A DNA stretch of 64,000 bases from an uncultured Myxococcales bacterium (GTDB taxonomy: Bacteria > Myxococcota_A > Polyangia > Polyangiales > Houyiibacteriaceae), in the NCBI GenBank assembly GCA_965601515.1, contig CBFCWN010000008.1, positions 4,379 through 68,378 on the forward strand. Direction: 5' to 3'. A program made the translations under genes and the position numbers. Below, in pieces: positions 8,301 to 16,797 of the stretch. Position 1 is the first letter of the stretch. Every line of letters begins with the position of its first letter. The notes beneath the pieces were generated by a model. That model was not told the origin of the DNA, made no database searches, and saw only the letters and a program-made list of their open reading frames with translations.

Positions 8301-10384
8301 CGCTCGTCGACGCGCTCAGGCGCGAGGCGGATGCCGAGCGGGATCCGAAGGCGGCCGCGGAACTGCTCGAGCAGAGCGCGTTCGTCCGGCTTCAACGCAT
8401 CGGAGACCACGATGGTGCGCGCCGGGACTTCGAGCGCGCTCTCGAGATTTGGCCGGACTCAGAGCGAGCGGCGGACGGCCTCATCGACGTGCTCAGCATC
8501 GATTCGAGCTGGTCGCTCCTCGTCGATCGGTTGTCGCAGGCTGCGTCGTCGGCAGGCTCGGTCGAACGGGCGAGCGCCCTTTGGCTATCGGTCGCTCGGA
8601 TTCAAAGCGATGAGCTCGGGCAGACGCCGACCGCGATTCGAACGCTTCAACGCATCATCAAGATTCATCCGAGGCATCTCGAGGCTCTCGAGCGTCTCGC
8701 CGCGCTCTTCGAGTCGACCGAGTCGTGGCACGAAGCAGCCGCGACGATGGAGCAGCTGCTTGCGGCAGCTCCCGACAATCCGCGTGTAAAGCGGATCTTG
8801 GTGAACGTGTCGCGTCTCTACCGCGAGCGACTCGAGACTCCTGAAAAGGCTCTTCGGCACGTCGAGGCTGCGCTTGCGGTCGATCCTTCCGATCCCGTCG
8901 CTCTTCGCGAGCTGTCGCTCGTTCACGAGGGGACAGGACAGCTCAGCGCTTCACTCGCCGTCGCTCGTCACTGTCTCGAGGTCGCACCCGACTCCGCGCG
9001 AAGCGAGGCTTTGCTGCGCGTTGGACAGCTCGAGCACGGCGCCGGCAATAAAGAGGCAGCCAAGACGGCTCTGCGTGAAGCGGTTGTCCTCGAAGGCGCA
9101 TCGAGCGAGGCCGCACGCGCATTGGAGTCGCTCTGCGAGACACCCGACGATTGGCATGGGCTTGCATCGGCTCTCGACGCGCACCAGCCCGCCGACGAGG
9201 AGGCGCGCGTGGCGGCTGGACTCGAGGTAGCACGAATCCTCGCAGATCGATGCGGGGACGAGGCCGCGGCGTCGGAGGCGCTGCACGCACGGCTTCGGGA
9301 CGGCGGCAACAGCCCGGAGCTTCGGCGCGAGCTCGCCTCTCGCTTGCGGCGCCAAGGCGACGTCAACTCTGCGGTCGAGCAACTCCAAGCGGTGCTGGCC
9401 AGCGAACCGACGCGAGAGGGCGTGTGGCGCGAGCTCGCACGGACGTATGCGTCGGTGGAACGCGATCGGGAAGCACGCCTTGCATCGCTTCCGCTTCGAG
9501 TCCTCGGCCTCGACAATGAAGAAGACCGCGCACGCCTCGCTGCATCGGAACCACGGCCAGCACGTGCCCGACCCCGGTCTCTTCGCGGCGCCGTGCTCGA
9601 TCAGTTTGGGACCCCGCGACCGGAAGACGCCGCGGCCGGCGCCCTGCTGAGCGCTCTTGGCCCCGCGCTCAGCAAGCTCTACCCGCAGGACCTTCAAAGC
9701 TACGGGCTCGCGACGCGCGACCGCCTGCCGACCGAAGCCAACCATCCGCTCCGCGATATCGCCAATCAGATCGGCGCCGCACTCGAGATCCGTCACTTCG
9801 ACCTGTTCTTGCATCGGGTCCGGAACAGGTCGGTCACCATCGAGCTTGGTGTGCATCCTGCCGTGCTGGTCCCCGCGGCGGTCATGGAAAAGGACGCGGC
9901 GACCCAAACCTTTCTCCTCGCACGCGTGATGACGCAAATCGCCCGCGGCTATCAGGCGATCGAGAAGCTCACGCCGCGAGAGCTCGACGTGCTCTTGGCG
10001 TCGGCAGCTCGCCTCGTGAAGCCCGACTTCGGCTCGGGTCTCACCAGCGAGGAGTTCCTCGACGAGCAGGCCCGAAGGCTTCAGCGCGCAATCCCACGCC
10101 GCGATCGACGTGCGGTCCGCGACGCGGCCTTGGCATACTCACGGACGAGCCGAGTGAAGTTCGACCGCTGGGTCCACGCCGCAGAACGAACCGCGACACG
10201 CGCGGCGCTTCTCCTTTGCGACGAGCTCGACCCGTTAGCGCGCGAGCTGCAAAGCCAAATCGCTCCCGAGCGTGCGGCTGAAGGCGACACCTTCGAATCG
10301 CACCCGGAGTTCATCAGCGCGCTCAAGTTCTGGGCCTCTCCCGCAGCGATGCACCTGCGGGAGCACATGGGCATGCTGCCGTAG
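5303..10384 (+). CDS. very large tetratricopeptide-repeat protein (1693 aa)
   Basis: Dozens of TPR-like units (A..Y..AL..DP....A...L.RLY....W..L); Pro-rich N-terminus; non-repeat C-terminal domain. Confidence 0.85.
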   Translation: MGADKGDVTALRRRDSTAELGQDDLVEDEGGPPSFPRPPPLTEAPPPRAPSEAPTPKVDPTRRAREWMDECARELEHTSDARRIARLYYEMARVSEGTLGDSRKALQYYQATLERSPDYVPAIRAARRLLIAARMFTEALELFDAEARVTRQPRDKATLFFLKGRLLEDVLGNRDAAAEAYQTARALDRSHAAILRATEQRSFAKQKWPEVDRALSEVANATAANDSHRAALIVRRAQLLESRQQRPEQAAELYETALQLDPNASIAVQALKRLYYAQHRWRDLIRTLEAEAKLATDPQLEASALYRAARINAEHLGNRDEAIRVLERARTLVPDDSLVLGELCRHYESGQRPQALAEALEALTQATEDEAERLTFTQRIARLYEEELGDVDQAILWHERAVELEPTSLSSLQALSLLYRVRGAWPKLIDMCLQEARHTTDAQRRADAHARAAEIYESRLHTVDVAIDHYQRALHAMPDHATAFKALARLLSDVNRPKELIQLYENALDRATGTRAVSYLFKIAQLYEDVLSEHALAAQTYKRVLQQDSSNLAAVHAWQRSAARAHRSRELLEALDYEIELTVERDRLVALLHRAGEVLEEQLEDRDRAIQRYRAALDKDPRHVPTLSSLGRLYYATGRWNDLLDVYGQELRLTSAKARRVALLQKMAEISRDRLGSNDEALRYHREAIKVDPSHAPSLQELARQLRERGSWEELVDVLELQLRSASSPRMRARAAFLLGQVYEEHLGDRTKAAASYEASVAADVAYRPAVDALARVRAEEHDWTHLLSDLERELRLAEDPGQRIALFARRAQVLERQDKHRQAIQAWEDVLAINPRHLGALLALEQLYRQVGAWESLVGIYTTQADVLDESGARVAALYELARLLEHEGLGDADQIVDAYRRILKDQPTDLGALLELERLATAKADAELLEEVDRLMAKSASDPTVAAAHRARLAEALEGSDDGEAIELFRGAVTSDPYHVGAARGLTRVAQETNDPHALVDALRREADAERDPKAAAELLEQSAFVRLQRIGDHDGARRDFERALEIWPDSERAADGLIDVLSIDSSWSLLVDRLSQAASSAGSVERASALWLSVARIQSDELGQTPTAIRTLQRIIKIHPRHLEALERLAALFESTESWHEAAATMEQLLAAAPDNPRVKRILVNVSRLYRERLETPEKALRHVEAALAVDPSDPVALRELSLVHEGTGQLSASLAVARHCLEVAPDSARSEALLRVGQLEHGAGNKEAAKTALREAVVLEGASSEAARALESLCETPDDWHGLASALDAHQPADEEARVAAGLEVARILADRCGDEAAASEALHARLRDGGNSPELRRELASRLRRQGDVNSAVEQLQAVLASEPTREGVWRELARTYASVERDREARLASLPLRVLGLDNEEDRARLAASEPRPARARPRSLRGAVLDQFGTPRPEDAAAGALLSALGPALSKLYPQDLQSYGLATRDRLPTEANHPLRDIANQIGAALEIRHFDLFLHRVRNRSVTIELGVHPAVLVPAAVMEKDAATQTFLLARVMTQIARGYQAIEKLTPRELDVLLASAARLVKPDFGSGLTSEEFLDEQARRLQRAIPRRDRRAVRDAALAYSRTSRVKFDRWVHAAERTATRAALLLCDELDPLARELQSQIAPERAAEGDTFESHPEFISALKFWASPAAMHLREHMGMLP

Positions 10385-10414
10385 CGCTGACGGTCGACCG
10401 GTCTCGTACGGGCC

Positions 10415-10981
10415 TCAGGTGAAGTCGCGCGTCTGTCGCTCGATCCGCATCGCTAGCCACGCGAACGCGCCGATGAGCACGAGCAACATCGCAATCCCCG
10501 AAAAGAAAGCGGCGCTCTCGAAATAGGGGGTCAGCCCGTACTCACGATCGTACTGCCGGTACGTTCCGACGCGGGAAAGCCTCTGCCAAGCGAGCGGCCA
10601 CACGCCGACGGCGAGAATCGTCCCAAGCGTCCCAAGGCGTCGCGCCGTCGTGTCCCGCGAGCCACGGCACAACGCCGCACCAAGCCCGAAACCAGCAAGT
10701 CCCGCACCGCATAGGAGAACCGCAGTGAGGGCCCCCCACAGCCACGGGGCCTGACCGGTGTTCACCCAGTAAAAGAGAAACCAATCGCCGTGAAATACGT
10801 AGAAGTAGATGGCGGTTGGAAGCAGCGCCAAAAGGAAGAACAGCAGGTAGGCGAGAAAGGACTCTGCCCGCCACATCGCCCCCCCGTTGTGACGTAGCTC
10901 GTCGCGCCCCGCGTACGCAGCGAACGCCCCCGTTACAAAGCTCATGAACAGCAGAAAAAAAAGAGGCAAAATGCTTCCCAA
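10415..10981 (-). CDS. hypothetical integral membrane protein
   Basis: About 5 hydrophobic segments; fills the gap between flanking genes; start uncertain (TTG 10981 or ATG 10945). Confidence 0.7.
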   Translation of the reverse strand: MGSILPLFFLLFMSFVTGAFAAYAGRDELRHNGGAMWRAESFLAYLLFFLLALLPTAIYFYVFHGDWFLFYWVNTGQAPWLWGALTAVLLCGAGLAGFGLGAALCRGSRDTTARRLGTLGTILAVGVWPLAWQRLSRVGTYRQYDREYGLTPYFESAAFFSGIAMLLVLIGAFAWLAMRIERQTRDFT

Positions 10982-11039
10982 AACAAGGCTACGTCCCGGC
11001 TTCGTGGACGGTCAACCAAACGGGCACCATAGTTACGGG

Positions 11040-12359
11040 ATGCACCGGGGCATGTGGGTTGGTCTGGTCGGTTTCTTGGCGGCTTCGAGCGTCGCCCTGC
11101 AGGCGTCCGCCGACACGCTGACCGAGCTCACAGAGCCCTTTTCCGCTGCACTTCAAGGCGGAAGCTACCTCGGCGCGTTGGGCCTGGTCTTCGTCGCCGG
11201 GCTCGCTACGTCGCTCACGCCCTGCGTCTATCCGATGATCGCCATTACGGTCAGCGTGTTCGGCGCAAGACAGGCCGAGAGCCGCGCGAAAGCTGCCTTG
11301 CTGTCCACGATGTTCGTGTTCGGTATCGCGGCGCTCTTCACCCCGCTCGGGGTGGTATCCGCGCTCACCGGAAGCGCCTTCGGAAGTGCGCTCGCAAGCC
11401 CTTGGGTCGTCGGTGCGCTCGCGCTGCTCTTCGCGGCCATGGCACTGAGCATGTTCGGTCTGTTCGATGTCGCGCTTCCGTCGTCGCTGCAGAACCGTCT
11501 CGCCAACGCCGGCGGCCTCGGTATGCGAGGCGCGTTCGTGCTTGGCTTCGTCAACGGCCTCATTGCGGCTCCGTGCACCGGCCCGGTGCTCGCGGTCTTG
11601 CTCACATGGGTTGCCACCACCGGCAACGTCGTTTTCGGCGCGCTCGCGCTTTTCGTGTACGCGATCGGCATCGGGGTCCTGTTTTGGTTCGTGGGCACCT
11701 TTGCGATCACGCTTCCAAAGTCAGGACGATGGGTCGAGTGGACGAAGAGCCTGTTCGGCATCGCGATGTTGGCGCTGGCCTTCTATTACCTCCGGGGCGT
11801 GTTGCCCTACCCTCGCCCCGAAGTACGCGATCAGCTCTGGCTCGCAACGGCGGTCGGACTGCTGGTCGGCGGAGTCGCGCTCGGAGCCATTCACCTGTCG
11901 TTTTCAGGAAGCGACTTGGCGGCTCGCGCGAGGAAGGCGATCGGCATCACCGCGTGCGTCGCGGGCATCCTCGGCATGCTCGGCTACGCGGAGGCACTCC
12001 CTCCGGGCGCCCACATCGCGTGGACTGAAGACTTCGAGGCCGGAAAATCCGCTGCGATGACCGAGGGGCGCCCGATGCTGGTCGACTTCGGGGCCGACTG
12101 GTGCGGCGCCTGTCAGGAGCTCGAACGCGATGTGCTCAGCGATCCGCGCGTCGTCGCCGAGGCCCAGCGCTTCGTCACGGTCCGGGTCGACTTGAGTACG
12201 GACAAGGCCACGGACGAAAAGTGGGCCCTCCTCAAGCGCTACGAACAGCCTGGCCTCCCGCTCGTCGTCCTTCATCGAAGCGACGGTTCGGAGGCAGTCC
12301 GGGTCACCGGGATGCTCGAAAGCGACGAGTTCCTCCAGATGATGAGCCGGGTTCGCTAG
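11040..12359 (+). CDS. dsbD: DsbD/CcdA-family thiol:disulfide interchange protein with C-terminal thioredoxin domain
   Basis: SLTPCVYPM and APCTGP TM cysteines; DFGADWCGAC thioredoxin motif; no N-terminal Ig-like domain. Confidence 0.88.
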   Translation: MHRGMWVGLVGFLAASSVALQASADTLTELTEPFSAALQGGSYLGALGLVFVAGLATSLTPCVYPMIAITVSVFGARQAESRAKAALLSTMFVFGIAALFTPLGVVSALTGSAFGSALASPWVVGALALLFAAMALSMFGLFDVALPSSLQNRLANAGGLGMRGAFVLGFVNGLIAAPCTGPVLAVLLTWVATTGNVVFGALALFVYAIGIGVLFWFVGTFAITLPKSGRWVEWTKSLFGIAMLALAFYYLRGVLPYPRPEVRDQLWLATAVGLLVGGVALGAIHLSFSGSDLAARARKAIGITACVAGILGMLGYAEALPPGAHIAWTEDFEAGKSAAMTEGRPMLVDFGADWCGACQELERDVLSDPRVVAEAQRFVTVRVDLSTDKATDEKWALLKRYEQPGLPLVVLHRSDGSEAVRVTGMLESDEFLQMMSRVR

Positions 12360-12391
12360 TCCGCGTCGAGGCATGCTAGCCTCACACCGCC

Positions 12392-12712
12392 ATGGCCGAA
12401 CACAAACTGTCTCGACGTCATCTCCTGCGGGGCACGGTGCACCTGGCAGTCATCGGGGCCGCGCCCACGCTGCTCCACGGCTGCACGAAGGAAGAGTTCT
12501 CGTGCACGGACATCGCGGGCCTCAGCCGAAAGGACTTGGAGCTTCGTACGTCGCTCAAGTACGTGGACCGGTCTCCGCACGGAGAGACCAAGAACTGCTC
12601 GAACTGCGCCTTTTTCGTCGAGGGGCCAAAGGGCGAGTGCGGCAACTGCACCCTGGTTCAAGGCCCCATTCATCCACTCGGGTACTGCAACTCGTGGGCC
12701 GCCAAAACGTGA
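12392..12712 (+). CDS. high-potential iron-sulfur protein (HiPIP), Tat-exported, probable lipoprotein
   Basis: SRRHLL twin-arginine motif, LLHGC lipobox-like, CSNCAFF...CTLV.G.I...GYCNSW HiPIP cysteine pattern. Confidence 0.85.
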   Translation: MAEHKLSRRHLLRGTVHLAVIGAAPTLLHGCTKEEFSCTDIAGLSRKDLELRTSLKYVDRSPHGETKNCSNCAFFVEGPKGECGNCTLVQGPIHPLGYCNSWAAKT

Positions 12713-12723
12713 GTCGCTGAACC

Positions 12724-13476
12724 ATGGCCCTGTTCGAGGTTCGCGGTCTCAAGAAGGCGTTCGGCCGAAACGTCGTGCTCGACGGACTCGACCTCGACAT
12801 CTTCGACGGCGAGGTGGTGACCATCATCGGCGAGTCGGGCTCCGGCAAGAGCGTCCTGCTAAAGGCCATGATGGGCCTGGTCGAGGCGGACGGCGGCACC
12901 ATCCGATTCGACGGCGAGGAAGTCACGGGCCAGACCGAGCGGGAGTGGTTCGCCACCCGACGGCGGATCGGGATGCTCTTTCAGGAGTCCGCTCTTTTTG
13001 ACTCGCTCAGCGTCTTCGAGAACGTCGCCTATGCCCTCCGCGAGCAAACGTCGATGACCGAAGAAGAGATCGTCGATCGAGTTGCGGAAACGCTCTCCTT
13101 GGTCGGCCTCCCTGGGATCGAGCAAATGGCTCCCGCGGATCTCTCCGGCGGCATGCGTAAGCGCGTGGCCCTTGCCCGCGCAGTCGCCGTACGTCCGGAA
13201 ATCGTCTTCTACGACGAGCCGGCAGAAGGGCTCGACCCGATCAACGTCACGCGCGTCAACCGCTTGCTCCTTGGCCTTCAGCAGAGCCTGAACGTGACGT
13301 CGGTCGTCGTGACCCACAATCTCAAGGCCGCGTTTGCGATCAGCGACCGGCTCGCGCTGATACACGACGGTGCCGTCGTCACGACTGGCGCCCCGGAATC
13401 GTTTCTGGAATCGGACGACCCCGTCGTGCGAGAGTTCATCGGCGACCGAATGAGAAAAGTCCTACGCGCGAGTTGA
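12724..13476 (+). CDS. ABC transporter ATP-binding protein, MlaF/Mkl-like
   Basis: GESGSGKS, LFQESALFDSL, LSGGMRKRVALAR, YDEP, VTH. Confidence 0.9.
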   Translation: MALFEVRGLKKAFGRNVVLDGLDLDIFDGEVVTIIGESGSGKSVLLKAMMGLVEADGGTIRFDGEEVTGQTEREWFATRRRIGMLFQESALFDSLSVFENVAYALREQTSMTEEEIVDRVAETLSLVGLPGIEQMAPADLSGGMRKRVALARAVAVRPEIVFYDEPAEGLDPINVTRVNRLLLGLQQSLNVTSVVVTHNLKAAFAISDRLALIHDGAVVTTGAPESFLESDDPVVREFIGDRMRKVLRAS

Positions 13477-13498
13477 GCGCACACACGAGGAGAAGAAC

Positions 13499-14086
13499 AT
13501 GAGCAAGGGATGGATTGGTTTTGGGGTCTTGGTCGTCATTGCGCTCGGGCTCGCTATCTCGGGTGCCGGCACGTACAACAGGCTCGTCGAGCTCGATGAA
13601 GGGGTCGACAACGCGTGGAGCCAAGTCGAGAACGTCTACCAGCGGCGCGCCGACCTCATTCCGAACCTCGTGGCAACGGTCAAGGGTGCGGCGGACTTCG
13701 AGCAGGAAACACTCACTCAGGTGGTCGAGGCGAGAGCGAAGGTCGGACAGGTGAACTTCGATCAGGCGCCCGACGCCGCGCAGCTTCGGGAGTTCGAGTC
13801 GGCGCAGTCGGGGCTGTCCTCCGCGCTCTCACGGCTCTTGGTGGTCGTCGAGCGCTACCCGGAGCTGAAAGCCACCGAGTCGTTTCGAGATCTCCAGGCG
13901 CAGCTCGAAGGGACGGAGAACCGAATCTCCGTCGAGCGTAAGCGCTTCAACGACGCGACCCTCGCGTACAACAAGACGCGACGCACGTTCCCGACCGTCC
14001 TCATGGCTGGGCTCCTCGGCTTCGACGACAAGCCGTACTTCGAATCGACGGAGGGGGCGGACGAGCCACCCAAGGTCGAGTTCTAA
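13499..14086 (+). CDS. lemA: LemA family protein
   Basis: YQRRADLIPNLV, VVERYPELKA, LEGTENRI; N-terminal TM. Confidence 0.96.
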   Translation: MSKGWIGFGVLVVIALGLAISGAGTYNRLVELDEGVDNAWSQVENVYQRRADLIPNLVATVKGAADFEQETLTQVVEARAKVGQVNFDQAPDAAQLREFESAQSGLSSALSRLLVVVERYPELKATESFRDLQAQLEGTENRISVERKRFNDATLAYNKTRRTFPTVLMAGLLGFDDKPYFESTEGADEPPKVEF

Positions 14087-14095
14087 CGGCCCACC

Positions 14096-14749
14096 GTGCC
14101 CACTCGCATCGATAAGTTCTTCAGTAAGCGGGACCGCGAAGCGATCTCGGAGGCGACCGCCGACGCCGAGCGGCAAACGTCGGGAGAGCTGGTGGTTTAC
14201 GTCGTCGAGCGCTGCGATCCCTACGGAGAGGAAGCCTGGAAGGGATCGCTCGTGGGTGGTGCGATCGGCGCGCTCGTCGGTGCGTTGGCCACTTGGTTCT
14301 ATGGCGGCTGGGGCGCCCCGGACGAGCTCTGGATCTTGATCGGCGCTCAGGTCGGGCTGCTCCTCGGATGGCTTGCGAGCCGGATTGAAGGCGTCGCCCG
14401 CGCGCTGATCGGCGACGAGGCGATGGAAAGCCGAGCGGACGGACGAGCCGCCGAGGCGTTCGTCGAGGAACGTGTCTTTGCGACCGAGGCGCGCACCGGA
14501 GTCCTGATCTTCCTGGCCCTGTTCGAGCATCGCGTCATCGTGATGGCGGACGAAGGCATCTCGGCGGCCGTACCCGAGTCGGCGTGGGACGACATCGCGG
14601 GCTCCGTAGCCAGCGGGATTCGAGCAGGCTCGCCGACGTCGGCGCTGATCGCTGCCGTCAAGCGGTGCGCGGACATCCTTTCCGCACACGGGGTTCCGGC
14701 GAACCAGACGAACGAGCTCTCGAACAAACCGAGGTTTCGGGATGAATAG
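14096..14749 (+). CDS. TPM-domain membrane protein
   Basis: AERQTSGELVV, TEARTGVLIFL, ADEGI, NELSN; typical partner of lemA. Confidence 0.88.
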   Translation: MPTRIDKFFSKRDREAISEATADAERQTSGELVVYVVERCDPYGEEAWKGSLVGGAIGALVGALATWFYGGWGAPDELWILIGAQVGLLLGWLASRIEGVARALIGDEAMESRADGRAAEAFVEERVFATEARTGVLIFLALFEHRVIVMADEGISAAVPESAWDDIAGSVASGIRAGSPTSALIAAVKRCADILSAHGVPANQTNELSNKPRFRDE

Positions 14750-15638
14750 GCTCGGCGCATTCGCACTCGTCACGTTACTGCTCGCCGCGTCGTCGGCGCT
14801 GGCACTCGAAGTGCCTCCGCTACGAGACCGGGTCAACGACGACGCCGGTGTGCTTTCGAGCAGCGCCGAAGCGCGGATCACCGAACGACTCGAAGCGCTC
14901 GAAAACGACACCGGCGCTCAGGTAGCCGTGCTGACGATCGACACGCTCGACGATGAAGCGCTCGAAGACTACAGCCTCCGAGTCGCCGAAACGTGGGAGC
15001 TCGGTCGAGCGGATCAGGACGACGGTGCGCTCCTCCTCATCGTGAAGAACGACCGGAAGATGCGGCTCGAGGTCGGCTATGGGCTCGAGCCTTCGCTGAC
15101 CGACGTGATGTCGCGGCGGATCTTGGACGAGATCCTGAGGCCGAGCTTTCGAGCAGGAGACTTCGACGGCGGAGTCGAACGAGCGGTCGACGCGATGGAC
15201 GGACTCGTCCGAGGGACCAGCACGTTGCCGCCACCGAGCAGCGTCGACACGGGCGAACTGCCGCCGCGAATGTTTGGCGTCCTATGGCTCGCGTTCTTGA
15301 TCCCGTTCGTGCTGGCCGTCGTGGGCACCAACCCGTTCCAGGCGATCCTGTACCTCTTCCTTCTGCCGTTCTTCGGCGTTGGAGGCCTGACGCTCGGCGG
15401 ACCTCAAGGCGCGGTCGGGCTCGCGGGTTTCTGGCTACTCGCAGCGCCGATCGCGTGGGCCTTCATCGGGCGCCGTCAGAAGAAGACCAAACGAAGGCGC
15501 CGTCGCTCTCGAAGCGCGTGGTCGTCAGGCGGCGGATGGGCGGGAGGCGGATGGTCCTCCGGTGGCGGCTTCGGTGGCGGAGGCTTCGGAGGCGGCGGAG
15601 GAGGCTTCGGCGGAGGCGGTTCGTCGAGCAGCTGGTGA
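14742..15638 (+). CDS. TPM-domain (YgcG-like) protein with Gly-rich tail
   Basis: Signal peptide, VNDDAGVL, DDGALLLI, RLEVGYGLE, C-terminal GGGFGGGG..W. Confidence 0.92.
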   Translation: MNRLGAFALVTLLLAASSALALEVPPLRDRVNDDAGVLSSSAEARITERLEALENDTGAQVAVLTIDTLDDEALEDYSLRVAETWELGRADQDDGALLLIVKNDRKMRLEVGYGLEPSLTDVMSRRILDEILRPSFRAGDFDGGVERAVDAMDGLVRGTSTLPPPSSVDTGELPPRMFGVLWLAFLIPFVLAVVGTNPFQAILYLFLLPFFGVGGLTLGGPQGAVGLAGFWLLAAPIAWAFIGRRQKKTKRRRRRSRSAWSSGGGWAGGGWSSGGGFGGGGFGGGGGGFGGGGSSSSW

Positions 15639-15649
15639 GGCGCCCCGCG

Positions 15650-16180
15650 TCAGGGGTCGCTCTCGAGCTTGCCGTGCCAGTAGACCCAATTCGCCCAGGC
15701 TTCTGGAATCGACGAAGCGGGATCGACGCGGAAGGCCACTACGGGAAGCCACTTCGGCTTCACGGGCGGGCGTCGGAGGCGAAGGCGTGCCTGGCGGGGC
15801 GTCTTGTTGCCCTTCTTTTCGTTGCAGCTGTAGCAGGCCATCACGATGTTTTCCCAGTTGGTCTTCCCGCCCTGTGACTTCGGGACCACGTGATCGTACG
15901 TGAGGCCGCGGAGCCGGTGGCGAACGCCGCAGTATTGACACTTGAAGTCGTCGCGCATCGCAACGTTGATGCGGGAGAACTTGATGGCCCGCTTGCGGCC
16001 GACGATGGTCCGCAGAAGGCGGACGACGGCTGGCATCTTGATGGTGATGCTGACCGAGCGAATGTCCTCGTCGTACTCTTCGACGACCTCGACCTTGCCG
16101 TCGAAAATCATGCAGACGGCGCGCTGCCAGCTGATGATCCGGTGGGGCTGGTAGCCCTGATCCAAGACAAGGGTCCGCAT
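15650..16180 (-). CDS. HNH endonuclease (McrA-like)
   Basis: RDDFKCQYCG, TYDHVVPKSQGG, WENIV.AC..CNEKKG. Confidence 0.92.
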   Translation of the reverse strand: MRTLVLDQGYQPHRIISWQRAVCMIFDGKVEVVEEYDEDIRSVSITIKMPAVVRLLRTIVGRKRAIKFSRINVAMRDDFKCQYCGVRHRLRGLTYDHVVPKSQGGKTNWENIVMACYSCNEKKGNKTPRQARLRLRRPPVKPKWLPVVAFRVDPASSIPEAWANWVYWHGKLESDP

Positions 16181-16670
16181 TCCGCTCGCGAATCCATATA
16201 GCGCGAACCGCCCCGGAAAGAAACATGCCTTTGTAGCGGGAGCGCAAACTTCTCGACGCAGGATCCGGCTCGATACCGCAGAAGCTACGGCGCAGAGAGG
16301 GGCGACGTCGCGTGCCCCGTCACGAACATGGCGCGCGTCGCCGGGGTCGAGTTCGCACGTTGGCGACTACCGAAACAAGAACGTGCCCGCGCCTAACTAG
16401 ACCTGGGGCGCAACGCGATGGGCGCTGGGGCTAGGGGCTATCGGCCTCGCTCAAGCTCGGCCGCTTTCGGGCGCCTGCCCCCTGGCCGCTGTTCGAGGCT
16501 CTACACCATCTTGCGCGAACTCGCGGCAACGTGGAACCGAGCATCCGGCGACTTCCACTGGCCGCGCGGCCCGTGAGAAACCCTGGCGTTTTCGCAAATC
16601 GCGCGGGTTGGTTTGTACGTGTTGGGAATCGTTGGGGTTCAGGGGGCCCCGCGTGTCCCTTTGGTGTTAG

Positions 16671-16744
16671 CGTCCCCGGGAGGATTCGAACCTCCGACCT
16701 TCGGTTTAGGAAACCACTGCTCTATCCGACTGAGCTACGAGGAC
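16671..16744 (-). tRNA. tRNA-Arg (CCT)
   Basis: Reverse complement GTCCTCGTAGCTCAGTCGGATAGAGC...TTCCTAA...GGTTCGAATCC...GGGGACG; CCA not encoded. Confidence 0.93.
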
Positions 16745-16797
16745 AATCGGCGGGGCTATAGCATGGGGTCTCTGCACCGCGCGAGCTGTTGACGGAG

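Noticed and set aside
15531-15635. GGC/GGA-rich repeat
   Set aside because: Ordinary Gly-rich tail of YgcG-like TPM proteins
15650-16180. HNH gene as IscB/Cas9-like RNA-guided nuclease
   Set aside because: Only 176 aa, no RuvC motifs or PLMP N-terminus, no CRISPR repeats; fits the common stand-alone HNH family
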